A DNA stretch of 64,000 nucleotides from Spirochaetia bacterium. Lineage in GTDB: Bacteria; Spirochaetota; Spirochaetia; CADAEX01. The notes under the pieces are model-generated. The model ran no database searches, was not told where the DNA came from, and saw only the letters and a program-made list of their open reading frames with translations. The stretch covers positions 96,001-160,000 of the forward strand of contig CAXXHA010000032.1 in the NCBI GenBank assembly GCA_963662265.2. Reading direction: 5' to 3'. Of this stretch, positions 49,834 through 60,244 are shown piece by piece; position 1 is the stretch's first letter; each line of letters starts with the position of its first letter. The position numbers and the translations under genes are program-made.

Positions 49834-50635
49834 AATCAGTTTCAGTAATTTCCTCATGGCAGTTCTCATGATAACTGCATTTTTAAATCCTCTTTATGCG
49901 GATGATAATTTAACAGCAAAGGAAATTTATGAGAAAGCTGTTACAGGAAACCGACTGGACGGAAGCGAGGCTGTCTCAAGAATGGTTATAATCGATAAAA
50001 AGGGGAGAGAGCGGGTGCGAGATACAGCACAGATCTCAAAGCTTTATGATAACGGGGAAACAGAAAAAAAACTTATAAGGTTTCTTGCTCCGGCAGATGT
50101 AAAAGGGACAGGATTTCTCACTTTCGATTATGAAAAGGAAGACGATGATATGTGGCTCTACATGCCTGCCCTGAGAAAGGTGAGGAGAATAGTATCATCT
50201 GAAAAATCAAAAAGCTTCATGGGATCAGAATTCTCCTATGCAGATATGTCCCCGGTCCCCTCCTCCGACTTCAGCTTCAAACTTCTCGGATCCGAGAATG
50301 TCAAAGGCACAGAATGCCATGTCATAGAACTGATACCGGTGGATTATGAGACTGCTGATGAAAACGGGTTTTCAAAAAAAATCGGATGGATCGGGAAAGA
50401 GGATTTTGTAATCAGGAAAGCTGAATTCTATGATTTTACAGACACACACTTCAAGACAATGTATACAGAAAACATCAGCCTCATTGATCCTGAAAAGAAG
50501 AAATACAGGCCTCTTCTGATGACAATGGAAAATCATGACAACGGAAGGAAATCAATACTGGAAATAAAGAAAATTGTACTCAACAGAAATGTGGGGGATG
50601 AATATTTCACCCAGAGATATCTTTCAAGGGAATAG
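49826..50635 (+). CDS. LolA-like outer membrane lipoprotein-sorting family protein
   Basis: Motifs FLAPADVKGTGFL, MWLYMPALRKVRRI and FMGSEFSYADM. True start ATG at 49826 with a signal peptide; the ORF-track start at 49718 overlaps the MMPL gene. Confidence 0.85.
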   Translation: MFKISFSNFLMAVLMITAFLNPLYADDNLTAKEIYEKAVTGNRLDGSEAVSRMVIIDKKGRERVRDTAQISKLYDNGETEKKLIRFLAPADVKGTGFLTFDYEKEDDDMWLYMPALRKVRRIVSSEKSKSFMGSEFSYADMSPVPSSDFSFKLLGSENVKGTECHVIELIPVDYETADENGFSKKIGWIGKEDFVIRKAEFYDFTDTHFKTMYTENISLIDPEKKKYRPLLMTMENHDNGRKSILEIKKIVLNRNVGDEYFTQRYLSRE

Positions 50636-50679
50636 ATAAACAGCCGGATCAGTAAGTCTGTATCCGGATAAACGTTACA

Positions 50680-50738
50680 GGCACTTTTAAAAACCCAGGT
50701 TTTTGTGATTTCCCCCCGGCAAACCTGGGAAAGTGCCT
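50680..50738 (+). mobile_element. Degenerate copy of the dispersed MITE-like repeat
   Basis: GGCACTTTTAAAAAC...CCCGGCAAACCTGGGAAAGTGCCT resembles 52626-52682. Confidence 0.4.
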
Positions 50739-50995
50739 TTAATACCTGACAGCAGGTGATTCTACTAGAAAAGAACTGTGTTTTTATTTACAAGAAATTA
50801 TTATCACACAAGGGTATATAGTTTAATTCATAATAAAACAAAGGAAAAACATCATTTTAGGAGATTCCCTCATAAGCGGAATATCAGGTCCTGAATAATA
50901 TTCAGGACTTTTTATAACATTGAATCAGTAATTATATTTTCAGCATCTTATCATCATATTCATCTGATTCAGAAAATAATATCCAGCCAGAAATG

Positions 50996-51793
50996 CTAAT
51001 CATCAACCCCATCGAGATATTCATCATACTTTGCATTCATGACTTCAGAAAGTTCATCCCGTATCTCTTTCCTCTCTTTGCAATCTGTCGACACCGGAGG
51101 CAGAACCTCCATCTGCAGCGAAAGTGATCTGAACATGAGCACTTTCAACAGCTGTGGAACAAATTTCATTCCGCCGAAATAACCGAACCTTACATAATCA
51201 GATCTCTTTATATCCTTTCCGTCTATCTTCCGGTATGTAAGAACCACAGGCAATGCTTCGATGCCTGTTCCCAGAACAGCCTCTATAAGCCCGCCCCGGA
51301 AAGGGAGAAGCCCCTGCCCGTTTGAACATGTGGCTTCCGGGAAAAGACATATACTCAAGCCGCTTTTAAGGACCTCCCCTATCCTGGGTATTTCTTCCTT
51401 TAAAGTTGTGATCTTTCTTCTTTCAACAAAAAGACATCCTGCAAAAAAAGCAACCTGCCCCATCACCGGCCGTTTTTTCAGCTCTTTGGAAGTAATAAAA
51501 AGTGTCCTGAAAACACTTACAATCGCAAAGATATCAATAAAAGTCAGATGGTTGCCCATGATGAAATAAGACTTTGACTTATCATAATTTTCAAGACCTT
51601 TGTATTCTATATCAACAGAGAGAGCCCTGAGAGCAAACCTGTCATAAAATCCGGTCACCGCCATAAGCCTCTTTCTCTTTGTTACTGTCGATGCCGGGAC
51701 AAGAAAAACCAGAGATGTTGTCATTATGAATAAAACCAGTATAACGAAACTGAAAAGCAGTTTGTAAAATATTCTTAAAAGCTTTATCACCAT
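50996..51793 (-). CDS. plsC: 1-acyl-sn-glycerol-3-phosphate acyltransferase family protein
   Basis: Motifs NHLTFID, FVERR and LFPEAT. Confidence 0.85.
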   Translation of the reverse strand: MVIKLLRIFYKLLFSFVILVLFIMTTSLVFLVPASTVTKRKRLMAVTGFYDRFALRALSVDIEYKGLENYDKSKSYFIMGNHLTFIDIFAIVSVFRTLFITSKELKKRPVMGQVAFFAGCLFVERRKITTLKEEIPRIGEVLKSGLSICLFPEATCSNGQGLLPFRGGLIEAVLGTGIEALPVVLTYRKIDGKDIKRSDYVRFGYFGGMKFVPQLLKVLMFRSLSLQMEVLPPVSTDCKERKEIRDELSEVMNAKYDEYLDGVDD

Positions 51794-51975
51794 ATCTTTC
51801 TATCACTCCTGATGCAATTCATAAAAAAGTAAGCAGTTATCCCAATCATAAATCTTTGCCCACCGCTGTTTTGCACATATTTTCATAATAATTATAATAT
51901 CAGCCTGCAAGCAGGTGCCTGAAATTATAATTCCTGTTATAATAATTCGCAGCAATGTAAAAAATCAACTGGAAA

Positions 51976-52413
51976 ATGAGGCTTGTTATGACAAAAACTG
52001 AATTAATTGTGCGATATGCTGAGACTGACCAGATGGGAATAGTACATCATTCTGTATATCCTGTCTGGTGTGAAGCAGGCAGGACTGATTACATGGAGAA
52101 AGAGGGGTATCCCTACTCAAGAATGGAACAAGAGGGGCTTATGCTTCCCCTGTCAAAAATGGACTTTAAATTTCTTGAAGGGGCAAAATACGGTGATACT
52201 GCAGTAGTGGAAACAAAAATTGACAAGGTTTCACCGTTCCGGCTTGAAATAATTTACAGCATATTCAGGAAATCAGATTATAAACTTCTTGCTGAAGGCA
52301 GAACAGTACATGCATGGACAAACACATCACTTCAGATTGTGAATCTCAAAAATGAATTTCCCGGTCTTTTCAGTCTTCTGAATGATCAGAAAATAAAAGA
52401 TCACAGGGAATAA
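51976..52413 (+). CDS. Acyl-CoA thioesterase (YbgC/4HBT hot-dog fold)
   Basis: Motif VRYAETDQMGIVHHSVY..WCEAGR. Confidence 0.9.
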   Translation: MRLVMTKTELIVRYAETDQMGIVHHSVYPVWCEAGRTDYMEKEGYPYSRMEQEGLMLPLSKMDFKFLEGAKYGDTAVVETKIDKVSPFRLEIIYSIFRKSDYKLLAEGRTVHAWTNTSLQIVNLKNEFPGLFSLLNDQKIKDHRE

Positions 52414-52575
52414 AATATTGTAGAAATACAATATCCCTGACAATTTCAATAGCTGATTCAATATTTACGGGAACTTTTAAAAATCCGCAGTAGTGAGTTT
52501 TTTCTCTTTCAAGCAGGAAAAACACCTGAAATATCTGCAACAGCCAGAAAGACTCCCCGAAGAGGGAATTCTGAT

Positions 52576-52617
52576 AAAAAAAGGTTCACCCGGCAATTAC
52601 CAGGTGAACCTTTTTTA
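52576..52617. terminator. Bidirectional terminator between convergent genes
   Basis: AAAAAAAGGTTCACC-loop-GGTGAACCTTTTTT. Confidence 0.75.
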
Positions 52618-52621
52618 TTTT

Positions 52622-52740
52622 ATGAGCTCCTCTAAAACTCGCTTTTTAGAGTTTTTTACCCGGCAAGCCGGGTAAAGTGCCTCAGATTTTCGCCCACAAG
52701 GGAATCTAGACGAAAAAACTATGTTTTTTGAGATTCCCTT
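52622..52740 (+). mobile_element. Dispersed MITE/IS-end-like repeat, copy B, ending in an AAGGGAATCT...AGATTCCCTT palindrome
   Basis: Homologous to 45147-45230; internal hairpins CTCTAAAA/TTTTAGAG and TTTACCCGGC/GCCGGGTAAA. Confidence 0.6.
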
Positions 52741-52756
52741 ATAATCTGCCGGATAT

Positions 52757-55216
52757 CTATTTCATATCAATTCCAAATTCAACTCGCCTGTTTTTCCACC
52801 AGATTGACTTGTCTTTTGTTGAAGTCACAGGTTTTTTCCCGCCGAAGAATTCAATTCTGATTCTGTCTTCAGGAATTCCCTCATCCATGAGTGCCTTCTT
52901 GACTGATAAGGCTCTTCTTTCTGTTAAAGGAATAAGTACTGTCTCCTCCCTTGCCTCTTTATTGCTTTTTGAACTGTGAAAAACATTAAGAGCATGACCT
53001 TCAAGCACTATAGTATAATCGGGATATTTTTTTGAAAGGGATGCAACCTTCCTTATCGACTTCATATTCTCATCTCCGGCTGATTTTCCCCTTGAATAGA
53101 GACTATGTTTGTACGCCGAGAAAATTATATTGGGAACTTTTATGTAATACCTTCCGTTTACAAGTTCTGCAATTATATCGATTGTAAAATCACCTTCGCA
53201 TACAGCTCTGTTTCCGTTCATATCAACAAGCTCAAGTGAAGCGTCAAATCTGCTGCCTGACTCAACTTCATCAGCTATATAGTCCTCTCCGTAAAGCACA
53301 ATACCTTCATCAGAAAGTCCGCTGCCGTCAGCCTCATCCTCTTCCCCGCTTTCATCCTTAAGCTTCAGTATCCACTTATAAATACCGCTATCATCCTTAA
53401 CATTTGGATCTATATAAACCTGGCCGTCAAGAACTTCTCCGTTAACTGCAAAAGGTGTTGCAGTTATTACAAGATCTGTTTCAGGAGGAGTAAGGTCGTA
53501 GAAGTATTTAAAGAAATGCTGTGATTTGCTTCCGTTTTCATAAGCTGCGGTAAATGATACGTTATAATCACCCTCTTCAGCCTCATCCCTGCTTCCGGGA
53601 ATTATAATCATTTCAGGAAAAACACCTTCACCGGATTCTTCATAAATAACATTACCGTCTGTATCACTTACCTTGAAAGACCACATTTCAATTCCGCCTG
53701 TTGAATCAGATTCGACTTTGAATGCAGCAATACCATCAATCTGTTTTTCAATCATTTCCGCGCCTGGAATATTAACAAGCTGGGCTTTCTTGTCAGCCCG
53801 GTCAATGGTCAGTTTCTTTTTTTCAGGCACATAGGGATTACCTGCAAGATCTTCAAAATATGTTTCAAGGTAGTAGTCGCCGTCAGCAAGCTCTTTTCCA
53901 TCTTCATCAGTACCGTCCCAGACAATAAGAGAAGTTGTTTCCTCGCTTGTCATTTCACCTATTGAATTGCCATCGCTGTCAGTTATCTGCCCTTTCCATT
54001 TGACAATCTTGTTTGATTTCATAGAAATTTCAGTAGTATCCCTGTTTCCGCTTCCGTTAGGAGAAAATACAGGATTGCTTACCTTGAAATCAACAACAGG
54101 AGCAGTGGTATCCAGATACACAGTCTCTGTTTTCACAATCCTGGCACCGTTTTCATATTCGCTTGAAAAGCCCAGGGTATATGAACCCTGCGGAAGTTTT
54201 TCCCCCTGCTCTCCACGGCCGTCAATTACAGCCTCATAAATTCCAGGCTCTGCACCCTTGTCCGATAGGATCACATTGCCTTTTGAATCTGCCATTGAAA
54301 CAGACCAGCCGACAAATCCTTCTTCGGTTTTCTGTCCGAATGTTGCTATTATAGTATCTTTATTCCCATCATTGTTCGGTGAAAAATATGTATCTGTAAG
54401 TTCAAAAACCACATCTGCAAGAGTTGTATCAAGGATAAATCCGGATAATGATTTTTCCTCCATTTTATTACCGGCAAGGTCTGTTGAATTAATTCTGTAA
54501 CTGTATAATCCGTCAGCTGCAGGATTTCCGTTATTATCAAGCCCGTCCCATTCCACATTGGGAAGAGAAGTGTTTTCCCACCTGAAAGTCTTTACAACAT
54601 TACTGTCCTCATCAAGCATCTCCCCTGTCCATAGGGATTCATCTGTGGATTTTTCCTGCTTTATAACAAGAACATCAAGATTTCCATCGTTATTCGGTGA
54701 AAAAATCACCTTGTCAGGTTTTACAAGTTCAACTGACGGGGGAGCAACATCAACAACAAAGTCATCAAGTGCAACATCGTCAATATTTCCTGATGAATCC
54801 TTGACCCAGAGTTCCACATTATAAATACCGTCAGGAACCTTGTTGCCTTCTGTATCAAACCCGTCCCATTTCACTGACTTTTCAAGTGTAAATTCTGAAT
54901 ATTTTGTAAATATCCTTATAAACCAGTTAATATCAGATTTTTCAGTTTCAATAACTTCCGTTATCACATCGCCTGATGAGTTTTTGATTCGGAGCCCGTA
55001 TTCAGGTACATACCCCTTCTTGCTCTTAACATAAATCTTTACTTTGAAATCAAGTTCAGATGAATCCTGAACACCATTACCGTCAGGAGAAATATACTGT
55101 GTTCCCGAAGTAGCAACTTCAAGATCAGGAACTTCCTTGTTTCCTCCCGCGGAAATACTGAATGTCATAAAAATAAATAGACATAAAGCAATCACTATTA
55201 TTCTGAAACTTTTCAA
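52757..55216 (-). CDS. OmpA-family protein with repeated FlgD Ig-like domains (spirochaete type)
   Basis: Repeated FSPNxDGxxD and WDGxDxxG..DGxY motifs; C-terminal LEGHA...LTERRA...NRRVEF. Confidence 0.88.
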   Translation of the reverse strand: MKSFRIIVIALCLFIFMTFSISAGGNKEVPDLEVATSGTQYISPDGNGVQDSSELDFKVKIYVKSKKGYVPEYGLRIKNSSGDVITEVIETEKSDINWFIRIFTKYSEFTLEKSVKWDGFDTEGNKVPDGIYNVELWVKDSSGNIDDVALDDFVVDVAPPSVELVKPDKVIFSPNNDGNLDVLVIKQEKSTDESLWTGEMLDEDSNVVKTFRWENTSLPNVEWDGLDNNGNPAADGLYSYRINSTDLAGNKMEEKSLSGFILDTTLADVVFELTDTYFSPNNDGNKDTIIATFGQKTEEGFVGWSVSMADSKGNVILSDKGAEPGIYEAVIDGRGEQGEKLPQGSYTLGFSSEYENGARIVKTETVYLDTTAPVVDFKVSNPVFSPNGSGNRDTTEISMKSNKIVKWKGQITDSDGNSIGEMTSEETTSLIVWDGTDEDGKELADGDYYLETYFEDLAGNPYVPEKKKLTIDRADKKAQLVNIPGAEMIEKQIDGIAAFKVESDSTGGIEMWSFKVSDTDGNVIYEESGEGVFPEMIIIPGSRDEAEEGDYNVSFTAAYENGSKSQHFFKYFYDLTPPETDLVITATPFAVNGEVLDGQVYIDPNVKDDSGIYKWILKLKDESGEEDEADGSGLSDEGIVLYGEDYIADEVESGSRFDASLELVDMNGNRAVCEGDFTIDIIAELVNGRYYIKVPNIIFSAYKHSLYSRGKSAGDENMKSIRKVASLSKKYPDYTIVLEGHALNVFHSSKSNKEAREETVLIPLTERRALSVKKALMDEGIPEDRIRIEFFGGKKPVTSTKDKSIWWKNRRVEFGIDMK

Positions 55217-55475
55217 TATTTTAACCTCCCCCCTGTTTCAGGGTTTTGCTGTTAATGCCATTATAGCATGGTTTCCCTGTACAAAGGGCAAACCATAGAA
55301 AAACAACCGGAAAATAAAAAAGTTACTCACTTTTTTATTCAGTCATTAAAAAAATCACATATCTTCATTCATTTTACAAAAGTATAATAAATATACAGAT
55401 ATAATTCTATTCATTATTGTAATAAGTGAGGGCTCCAGGTTTTCAGAGGTTAGATAGATATAAAATTGCAGCTAA

Positions 55476-56438
55476 TCAATATTTAAATTCATATATATTA
55501 CGATCAACAATGTTTATCAACTGTTTTCCTTCAATATATGCTTTAATGTTTTGTTCAATAATAGAAAGAGTTTTATTTAATGTGTGAGGAAGAAAATCAT
55601 GCCCTGCAATATGAGGAGTTATTATTATGTTTTTAGTATTCCATATTTTATGGTTACGAGGAAGAGGTTCATTTTCAAAAACATCTAATGCTGCTCCTGA
55701 TATTTTATTGTTTTCAATCGCTTCACATAAAGCATTAATATCGAGAGTATTACCGCGGCCTACATTTATCAATACAGCATCCTGTTTAATTCTGGAAATC
55801 ATTTCTTTATCCATAATATTTATTGTCTCTGGAGAAGACGGTAAAGACATGGAAACAATATCAGCACGATGTATAATTTTTGCCAAATCATTGAAAGAAT
55901 ACATCTCATCCGCATATTTATTGTTTTTATTAATAGACCTTCTAACACCAATAATGTGTACACCAAAAGCTTTAAGCATTTTTGCATACTGAGTTCCAAT
56001 ATCTCCCATGCCAAGTATCAAAACAGTAGCATCCTGAAGCATTTTTTCGTTGCCTTCATCATTCCATAAACAATTATTCTGGTTGTCCCTGTAAATATTC
56101 AGTTTTTTATACAGAGATAAAGTTAAAGCTAACATAAACTCTGACTGGGCTTCCCCATAAGCACCGCTTGCATTAGTAACAATAACACTATCTTTCAGAA
56201 TATTATCCTTAAGATATGCATCAGCGCCTGCAGTAATCAGTTGGATCCATTTCAGCTTTTCTGCGTGCTCCAATAATTCTAAAGGTGGATTCCCAATTAT
56301 TATTTTCGAATTTGATATTTGATCGTGGTTTATATTGCAATCTGATGCAAACTCAAAATCTATATATTTTTCAAACTGAGAAAGCTTATTTTTCTGGGAA
56401 AGATCAAGAGGAATAATAACAAGAACTTTGGTTTTCAT
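55476..56438 (-). CDS. D-2-hydroxyacid dehydrogenase family protein
   Basis: Motifs ILGMGDIG, INVGRG, LDVFENEPLP and ITPHIAG. Likely start MKTKV at 56438. Confidence 0.9.
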   Translation of the reverse strand: MKTKVLVIIPLDLSQKNKLSQFEKYIDFEFASDCNINHDQISNSKIIIGNPPLELLEHAEKLKWIQLITAGADAYLKDNILKDSVIVTNASGAYGEAQSEFMLALTLSLYKKLNIYRDNQNNCLWNDEGNEKMLQDATVLILGMGDIGTQYAKMLKAFGVHIIGVRRSINKNNKYADEMYSFNDLAKIIHRADIVSMSLPSSPETINIMDKEMISRIKQDAVLINVGRGNTLDINALCEAIENNKISGAALDVFENEPLPRNHKIWNTKNIIITPHIAGHDFLPHTLNKTLSIIEQNIKAYIEGKQLINIVDRNIYEFKY

Positions 56439-56486
56439 AACAATCCTATGCAATATTTAATATTATTTCACATTAAAAATACTTAT

Positions 56487-57335
56487 CTACAATCCCAGAT
56501 AATAACCTTTGTTAAGAAAATCTTCCATTTCCTTAAGTGTATCAATTGCTCTGGAATGATCAAGCTGTGCTATTGCTGCAGAAATATAATTTATCAGACA
56601 CATGGGAGCAACATAGGAATTTTTGAATGAAATGCCGCCGACACTGCATGGTAAAATGATATCACCGTAATTTTCTATATCTGAAATATTCTGACTTGTA
56701 AACAGAATAACCTTAACATTTCTTTTTCTTAGCCATAATATTAAATTTGCGGTTGTTTTCGAGTATCTTGGAAATAAAAAAGCTACACAAATATCCTGTT
56801 CATTACAGCCGATCAATTCTTCAGGAAAGATCATTCCGACAGACTGTACTAACCTTACATTGGGTCTTATCTGACCAAGACGGGAGGTCATATAATGAGC
56901 TAAGGCAAAAGAACTTCTCATACCAAGAACATAAACATTTCTTGCATTACTTACTTCATCAATAGTAACAGATAAATCTTTTTGAGATATTTTTGTCATT
57001 GTAGTTGTAATATCGGCTATATCATTCTGCATAGTATCCATAAGTAACTGGTCAGGTGTCCCTGTTTCGATTTTGTTAATCAATCTCTCTGGCAGACTTG
57101 CTTTTGTAACCAGTCCTTTCTGGACCTCCTTCTGCATATCGGAATAGCCATTATATCCCATCATTCTTGCAAAACGGATAATCGTAGTCGTACTTACACC
57201 GATTTTCATTGCAACATCATCTAGAGTGGAAAAGGCAAATTTATCTGGATTATCAATAAAATAATTAGCTACTGTTTTTTGTGAATACGTAAGATCATTA
57301 AACCGCTCTGCAACTTTATTTGAAAAATCAGACAT
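56487..57335 (-). CDS. RpiR/MurR family regulator (HTH + SIS)
   Basis: Motifs VSTTTIIRFARMMGYNGY, LGMRSSF and FPRYSK. Confidence 0.92.
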   Translation of the reverse strand: MSDFSNKVAERFNDLTYSQKTVANYFIDNPDKFAFSTLDDVAMKIGVSTTTIIRFARMMGYNGYSDMQKEVQKGLVTKASLPERLINKIETGTPDQLLMDTMQNDIADITTTMTKISQKDLSVTIDEVSNARNVYVLGMRSSFALAHYMTSRLGQIRPNVRLVQSVGMIFPEELIGCNEQDICVAFLFPRYSKTTANLILWLRKRNVKVILFTSQNISDIENYGDIILPCSVGGISFKNSYVAPMCLINYISAAIAQLDHSRAIDTLKEMEDFLNKGYYLGL

Positions 57336-57363
57336 TTTCTTCCCCTGCTTTAAACCATTTTTA

Positions 57364-57401
57364 AAAGTATGTATAAATAAGTTATTATTTATACATACTT
57401 T
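57364..57401. terminator. Long AT-rich inverted repeat after the enolase-like gene
   Basis: AAAGTATGTATAAATAA-GTTA-TTATTTATACATACTTT. Confidence 0.55.
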
Positions 57402-57435
57402 ATCAATATTTTCTTCAGTTAGCTACTAAATTATT

Positions 57436-58707
57436 TTAAAATCTTACAATACTGCTAATATCTGTCATCTGACAACCGGGGGTTTCATCACATGCTCTCA
57501 TCAGAAAATTAAGTTTATCTATCCTCTCTCCCGACCGAGGTGCTCCATTCTTCTGAAAAGCAACTTCAAGACCGACAGAAATATCCATTACAATATCACC
57601 GACAACTCCTCCTGACCTTCCTGAAGGAACTGTAAACATATTGTGTTCATTTGCAATTTTATGTGTTTCAAGAGCCTCTGTTATAGTACCGACCTGATTT
57701 GGTTTCAGGACAAATCCTTCAGCTGCATTAGTTTCTATTGCCCTATAAAGCCTTTCTTTGTTGGATGCTATAAGATCATCACCAATAATAATTGTTCTTT
57801 CAAGTTCTCTAACAGCCTTAGTATAATTTCCCCAATCATTTTCATCCAGAAGATCTTCTATAAAAACTATAGGGAACTGTTCTGTCAGTTTTTTTGTATA
57901 GTCAATTATTGTCTGGGCTCCAACCCTTTCATCCTTAAGCAGATATGTGTTTGTTTTTGCATCATACATTTCACTTGAAGCACAATCAAGAGCAAATGCC
58001 ACTTTATCATGATACCCGCATTCATCAACTGCATCCTGCATTAATTGCAATGCAATTACAGGATCATTTGTTGGAGTTGCCCAGCCATAAGATCGGGCAA
58101 CCTGAGGTGTTTTCCCCATATATTTTTCAATTATTACCCCAAGTTTACTAAAAACCTTTACAGCTATTTCAACAGCTTCATATATAGTATCAGCTTTATA
58201 GGGGACAATAAGGAATTCGTTAAAAGCAAGGGTAACATCCCCATATTTACCGCCATTTATAACATTAAAAGATGGAACTGGAACTGTCCTGATATCTCTT
58301 CCGCAGAGATATCTATAAGGAGTCATTTTTGAAATCTGAGAAGCTGCTCTAAGTGCAGCTATAGAAGTACTGCAGATAGCATTTCCCCCAAGCACGCTTT
58401 TATCAGAGGTACCATCCAGTTCAATCATTTTTCTGTCAAGAGCTTCCTGGTCCTGAATATCCATACCTATCAATGCAGGAGCAATAATTTTCTTCACATT
58501 TTCAACTGCTTTATGAACACTTAAACCATCATACTCAGAAGGATTATTATCTCTCAGGACAAATGATTCATATTTCCCGACAGAACTCCCTGTCGGAGAA
58601 CTTCCATAACCCTTAAATCCATTTTCTGTAGTAATATCAACTTCAACCATAGGACGGCATTTACAATCTATTATCTGCCTCGCTGTTACATTTTTAATCT
58701 TTTCCAA
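57436..58707 (-). CDS. Enolase-fold protein with a non-canonical active site
   Basis: Full-length enolase-like layout (LDCASSE, IED, GDD, KPNQVG) but GDEGG is ARSYG, NGGxH is NGGKY and SHRS is SGRS. Confidence 0.88.
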   Translation of the reverse strand: MEKIKNVTARQIIDCKCRPMVEVDITTENGFKGYGSSPTGSSVGKYESFVLRDNNPSEYDGLSVHKAVENVKKIIAPALIGMDIQDQEALDRKMIELDGTSDKSVLGGNAICSTSIAALRAASQISKMTPYRYLCGRDIRTVPVPSFNVINGGKYGDVTLAFNEFLIVPYKADTIYEAVEIAVKVFSKLGVIIEKYMGKTPQVARSYGWATPTNDPVIALQLMQDAVDECGYHDKVAFALDCASSEMYDAKTNTYLLKDERVGAQTIIDYTKKLTEQFPIVFIEDLLDENDWGNYTKAVRELERTIIIGDDLIASNKERLYRAIETNAAEGFVLKPNQVGTITEALETHKIANEHNMFTVPSGRSGGVVGDIVMDISVGLEVAFQKNGAPRSGERIDKLNFLMRACDETPGCQMTDISSIVRF

Positions 58708-58728
58708 TCTATCACTCTCCTACTTAAT

Positions 58729-60130
58729 TTATTTTTCAGGTACATACATTATGTTAAAATCACAGAGGTTTGTTCCTGTATTCCCTGTGAAAACAGTATC
58801 TTCAAGTTCTACCAATGCTTCATAACAGGAATGCCCCCTGAGTGATGCATGTATATCAACATTTTTTTCCAAAGCTGTTTTATAAGTTGTTGAATCAGTT
58901 ATTCCTCCAGCTATATCAGCTGTTCCATCAGTACCTTCAGAATCTATAGATAAAAGGCATGCACCTTCTGTTTTTGCAGCTAAAAGGGCAAAACTCAAAG
59001 TTTCTTCCTGTCCCCGGCCCGCCATGGCCTTTAATGGTATTGTTATCCAGAATCTTTGTAGTTGCCTCACCTGATGAAAGAATTACACAGGGAGCCTTAA
59101 CAGGATTTCCATATTCCTGTATTTCCCTTGCAATAGATGCAAATATTGTACCTACATCCCTGGCTTCTCCCTCCAGAAATGAGGTAAGAATTACAGCATT
59201 AATACCCATATCCTCTGCAATATGTTTTGCATATATACATGAATCAGGAAGTGTATTCAGAAGGTAATATGTGTTATCAGGGAATGCTTTTGGAGTTTCC
59301 CCTTCAGGACCAGCATTCATAAGGTAATCAACAACATTTTTAGGAAGCCTGTCAGCCACATCATAATCACGGATAACAGCTCTTGCATCATCAAGAGTAG
59401 TCATATCAGGCCCCATAGGTGTACTTTTATATGCTGCATATGGAATTCCAATATCGCCTGTTGCTGCAGATCCTACAGCATCACTTATCCCGAACCCTAT
59501 CAGTTCAGCACCTCGTTTCTGTATCCTTTTAGCAAGCATTCCCCCGTTAAACTGGGATATATGTCTTCTTATGGAATTTATTTCATAAATATTGGCACCT
59601 GACTTAAGCATTACATCAGTCACTGCAATTTCATCATCCAGAGATATTCCATCTATAGGACAGCTCATCAGGGCAGAACTGCCTCCGCTTATAACAACAA
59701 TAAAAAGGTCATCAGGTCCTGAATTATCCACTATTTCAAGTATTTTTTTGCAGGCATTATAGCCAGCTTCATTGGGAAGGGGATGCCCCCCCACATAAAC
59801 TTCTGTTTTATTAAAAACATCTGTTTCTTCTGCGATTTTTACAATAGCAATACCACGGGTAAGCTTATCCCCAAGAATCTCATCTACTGCCATTGCCATA
59901 TGGTTACAGGCTTTCCCCGCACCCAGAAGATATATATTTTTCTTTTTTGAAAGGTCCCAGCTTTTTGTACCTATATGGAGAATATCTCCATCCAGATGCA
60001 TGATGCTTTTAATCCTTTCTTTAGAATCAAGTTTCTGAAGCGTTTTTTCAGTAATGTCCAGTACTATCTCCCTGGATTTTTTATCTCCATGTGATAATAT
60101 CTGTTCTCTGTTGCGTATTTTGACCGACAT
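58729..60130 (-). pseudogene. Glycerate 2-kinase-like (MOFRL/TtuD family) kinase with one +1 frameshift
   Basis: GAGKA, GHPLP, ISGGSSAL and ISDAVG lie in one ORF; SEGTDG and TGNTGTNLCD in the next frame. Removing one C from the run at 59012-59015 gives GHGGPGQEET. Confidence 0.85.
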
Positions 60131-60244
60131 TTCAAACTCCTTCGGTTTATTTATCATGTTTTGTATATATTACTATATGTTGCAGTATTAACTACTTTGA
60201 TATAAAACATATTAACTATACTTCTATATCATACTATGGTTATT

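Noticed and set aside
55269-55310. c-di-GMP-I riboswitch (GGGCAAACCA)
   Set aside because: No GAAA-loop stem or GACGCAAA follows; the bases pair locally as a simple hairpin and lie on the wrong strand for the nearby gene.
60165-60240. Repeated TA(A)CTA motifs as RpiR operators
   Set aside because: Irregular spacing in very AT-rich DNA; not distinguishable from chance.
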